NCBI RefSeq assembly: GCF_009914755.1
Contig: NC_060934.1
Reading direction: 5' to 3' (one strand)
DNA length: 64,000 nucleotides
Source: the human T2T-CHM13v2.0 reference genome, Homo sapiens
The notes beneath the pieces are model-generated. The model searched no databases, was not told the DNA's origin, and was given only the letters and a program-made list of their open reading frames with translations. Position 1 is the first letter of the stretch; every line of letters begins with the position of its first letter. The translations under genes and the position numbers were made by a program. Below, piece after piece: positions 60,956 to 64,000 of this stretch.

Positions 60956-62405
60956 TCAGGGTAATGTTTACCTCTGGGAGAAAAGCAGGGAGAAACACAT
61001 AGAAAGAAGTAAGATCTTGATAATACTTGAGTCCTTTAGCTGTGTGCTAAGGTCATGGATGCTCAGTTTATTACTATGCTTTCATGACTCCATAAATTCT
61101 TTGTCTATAGCAGATATATTAATATCAATATTTTAACATTTAATTAAAATACGAACTAAGGTATTTATAGTGAGACTGAATAGAAAGTCTGTCTAGAAAT
61201 GTACTAGACTCTTGAACAGGATTTTGCAGACTAATAGAATGTATTGAATCAATATACAAGAGACTAGAATACACGAGATTTAAGGAAACTTTAAGATTCT
61301 AAAAAATAACTATAAAGTTAAGTAAAATATGTTGAATTCCATGAGGAATATAGGTGATGCTAAATTTAAACTGTGAGAGATTATGATCAGCTAGAAGGAC
61401 CCAGGAAGTTTTATTGAAAAATACGGCATTGGAGATTGGCCTTAAAGGCAGGTTCAACTTGCCCATTAGAGAGAGGTTGAGATTATCTTTCAATAGAAAG
61501 AGGAAAATTGAGAATACAGTGGAAAGTCAACTGATGTTATATTTAGAGAATAGATGCAGGCGATAGCACAGACATTAATTTTGCATTACATTGCAAGTTT
61601 CTGGGAGAGGGTAAATTGGGGTTGTGGATCTAGAAAGTTAATGTGGCTGAAATGCGTGGAGGGAATGTGACTTGTAAGTGACCAGAAACGTAGAGATTGC
61701 ATTTTTCCAGGTAAGAGTAAGAGCTCCAACTGAAGAGGTGGTAATGGAGACTGAATTCTTTAAGATTGTGTGGTTGGAAATAATATTTCTAGGCAGATTT
61801 GTGGCTCTGATATTAATAAGTAGGTTAGTAAAAGCTTTGATTTTCTCATGGGGAGGTTAATAAAACCATTCCAACTATTGTAATTCCCCATGCACAGATT
61901 TCAGTGATAACCAAGAAACCAGTCTGAATGAATGTAAGCTCCAATCTCATGTAGCCAGTGTCTTATAAACATATTTATGCCCTATTTTTCTCAATAGGAG
62001 GGACTCCTTGGCTTACCTTCCATTGTAATTTTGCAAATGAGTTTAGCCACAATATTTATTTAATCCCAGTTGCCTAATAAAAAAAGAAATCTTTGAGTTT
62101 GCCTAGGGTCCATAAAACATGATGTGTCTAAATAAGAGCTAAATGAATGAGAATCTTTGCCCTGGACTTCCTGGAATTGTGGGAGAGAAGACAGCAATGA
62201 TTTTCCTTTTCCATGGCAGTTTTTCAAATGAACAGGTGCTGTCTTTTCTGATGGTGTCATTGCCAACGTTGTTGAGGATTCCAATGTAAGAAATAATTAT
62301 ACCATCCTGACACTATTGGAAGTAATGAAATGATGAACCAAAACGGTCTTGGTCTAAAAAGTAGACTATTTTAAGATATTTTTCAACATACCAGGAGATG
62401 TTCTT

Positions 62406-62680
62406 GTGTGTGTGTGTATATATATATGTATATGTGTGTGTGTGTATATATGTATATGTGTGTGTGTGTATATATATATATATGTATATGTGTGTGTGTG
62501 TATATATGTATATGTGTGTGTGTGTATATATGTATATGTGTATATATATGTGTGTATATATATATATACACACACACATCTAGATAGAAATATATTCTGT
62601 CTCTCTGTCTGTATCTATAAATAGATGGGCAGGTAGGTGGATAGATACATGGATAGCTAGATAGATGATAGATAATGTAA
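62406..62680. repeat. Compound (TG/TA)n microsatellite followed by (TAGA)n
   Basis: Directly visible; source of the YIYTHTH/VYMCVC ORFs. Confidence 0.95.
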
Positions 62681-63075
62681 GTAGTTAGTAATATTATTTT
62701 ATTGATTTAAGGATATAATATTATTTATATTAAACTCATTATTTTACCTTGTAAAATTAAACCCTGGAAAGATGAATTCAGTGCTTAAAATCCCATTCAA
62801 TGTTCAAAAGACATTTGGCTTTATCATTCATCAGACAAATTCTAATAAAAACTATATTAGCATTCACCACTACAAGTGGTCAAAATAAGAAAATATAAAT
62901 GTTGGTAAAGATGTAGAACGGCAAGGATAATTTTAATATGCCCCGATGTGAAGCTACCAAAACTCCCAATGATAGTGGAATGAATAAACAAACTTTATTT
63001 ATTCACATGATGAAATATTATGTGACATTGAGATGGGCTTGTTTATGACTATGTGCAGTAATATGGGTGAAACTA

Positions 63076-63161
63076 TTAGGATAGTGTAAAAGTAATTGCA
63101 GTTTTTATCTTTTTTAAAAAAAGTAATTGCAAACACTGTGATTACTTTTGTACCAGCCTGA
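63076..63161. mobile_element. MADE1 MITE
   Basis: ttaggatagtgtaaaagtaattgcagttttt...gtgattacttttgtaccagcctga; TA on both flanks. Confidence 0.85.
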
Positions 63162-63511
63162 TAACAAACATACTTTTCAAGCAAGACCCTAGACAGTATA
63201 TAATATTTGGCTCCATTTATATAAAGTATAGAAAAATAGAAAAAAGAACAAGCTATACTGTTAAACATTAAGGTAGTTGTTACTCTTAGAAGGTTCTAAC
63301 TAGAAGTAGCAAGAAGGGGCCTTCCGGGCTGCTAATAATAGTTTGCTTCTATATCTGGGTGCTGTTATAATAATCTGTGTTCTTAATTATATATATGTGT
63401 GTGTATATATACATATAATTTTATAGACATAATTAATATGTAATACTAATTATATATTCTTAATTGTATATACATAAATATGTAAATAAAGTTATTATAA
63501 ATCAGTTAAGG

Positions 63512-63830
<319 letters not shown>

Positions 63831-63835
63831 TAAAG

Positions 63836-64000
63836 ATGCCTGTAATCCCAGCACTCTGGGAGGCCAAGGCAGGTGGATCAGGAGGTCAGGAGATGGAGAC
63901 TATCCTGGCCAACATGGTGAAACCCCATCCCTACCAAAAATACAAAAATTAGCTGGGCATGGTGGTGCGTGCCTATAATCCCAGCTGCTCGGCAGGCTGA
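63836..64000 (+). mobile_element. AluSc/Sg-like, 5'-truncated, runs off the window
   Basis: atgcctgtaatcccagcactctgggaggcc...gagactatcctggccaacatgg. Confidence 0.93.

Noticed and set aside
62313-62624. Five overlapping low-complexity ORFs
   Set aside because: Translations of the TG/TA microsatellite

Overview
This is AT-rich primate (very probably human or great-ape) nuclear DNA from an intronic or intergenic region, not a prokaryotic sequence. More than half of the window is recognisable interspersed repeat: about 20 Alu/FLAM copies including two AluY; L1 fragments of several ages including a 3.8-kb L1PA15/16-like ORF2 plus 3'UTR; L2 and MIR relics; MaLR/ERVL LTRs (THE1, MST, MLT1, MER21, MER77-like); and DNA transposons (Tigger3b, MER1, MER5, MER20, MER58, two MADE1). 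I find no supportable protein-coding exon, tRNA, rRNA or CRISPR. The ORF track is mostly explained by repeats, microsatellites or chance. I see no evidence for a new multi-gene system. The best second-look items are: (i) an old L1 insertion apparently carrying a ~190-bp 3' transduction, next to an inverted micro-L1 sharing the same 3'-end deletion (46196-47612); (ii) two fold-back, template-switch-like hairpins (10076-10146, 49676-49724); (iii) a candidate recursive splice site (11657|11658); (iv) candidate promoter/first-exon and enhancer segments (36960-37324, 21670-22190); (v) an unexplained ~650-bp segment at 57885-58540. Subfamily names come from recalled consensus motifs and boundaries are approximate; RepeatMasker/Dfam would refine them.
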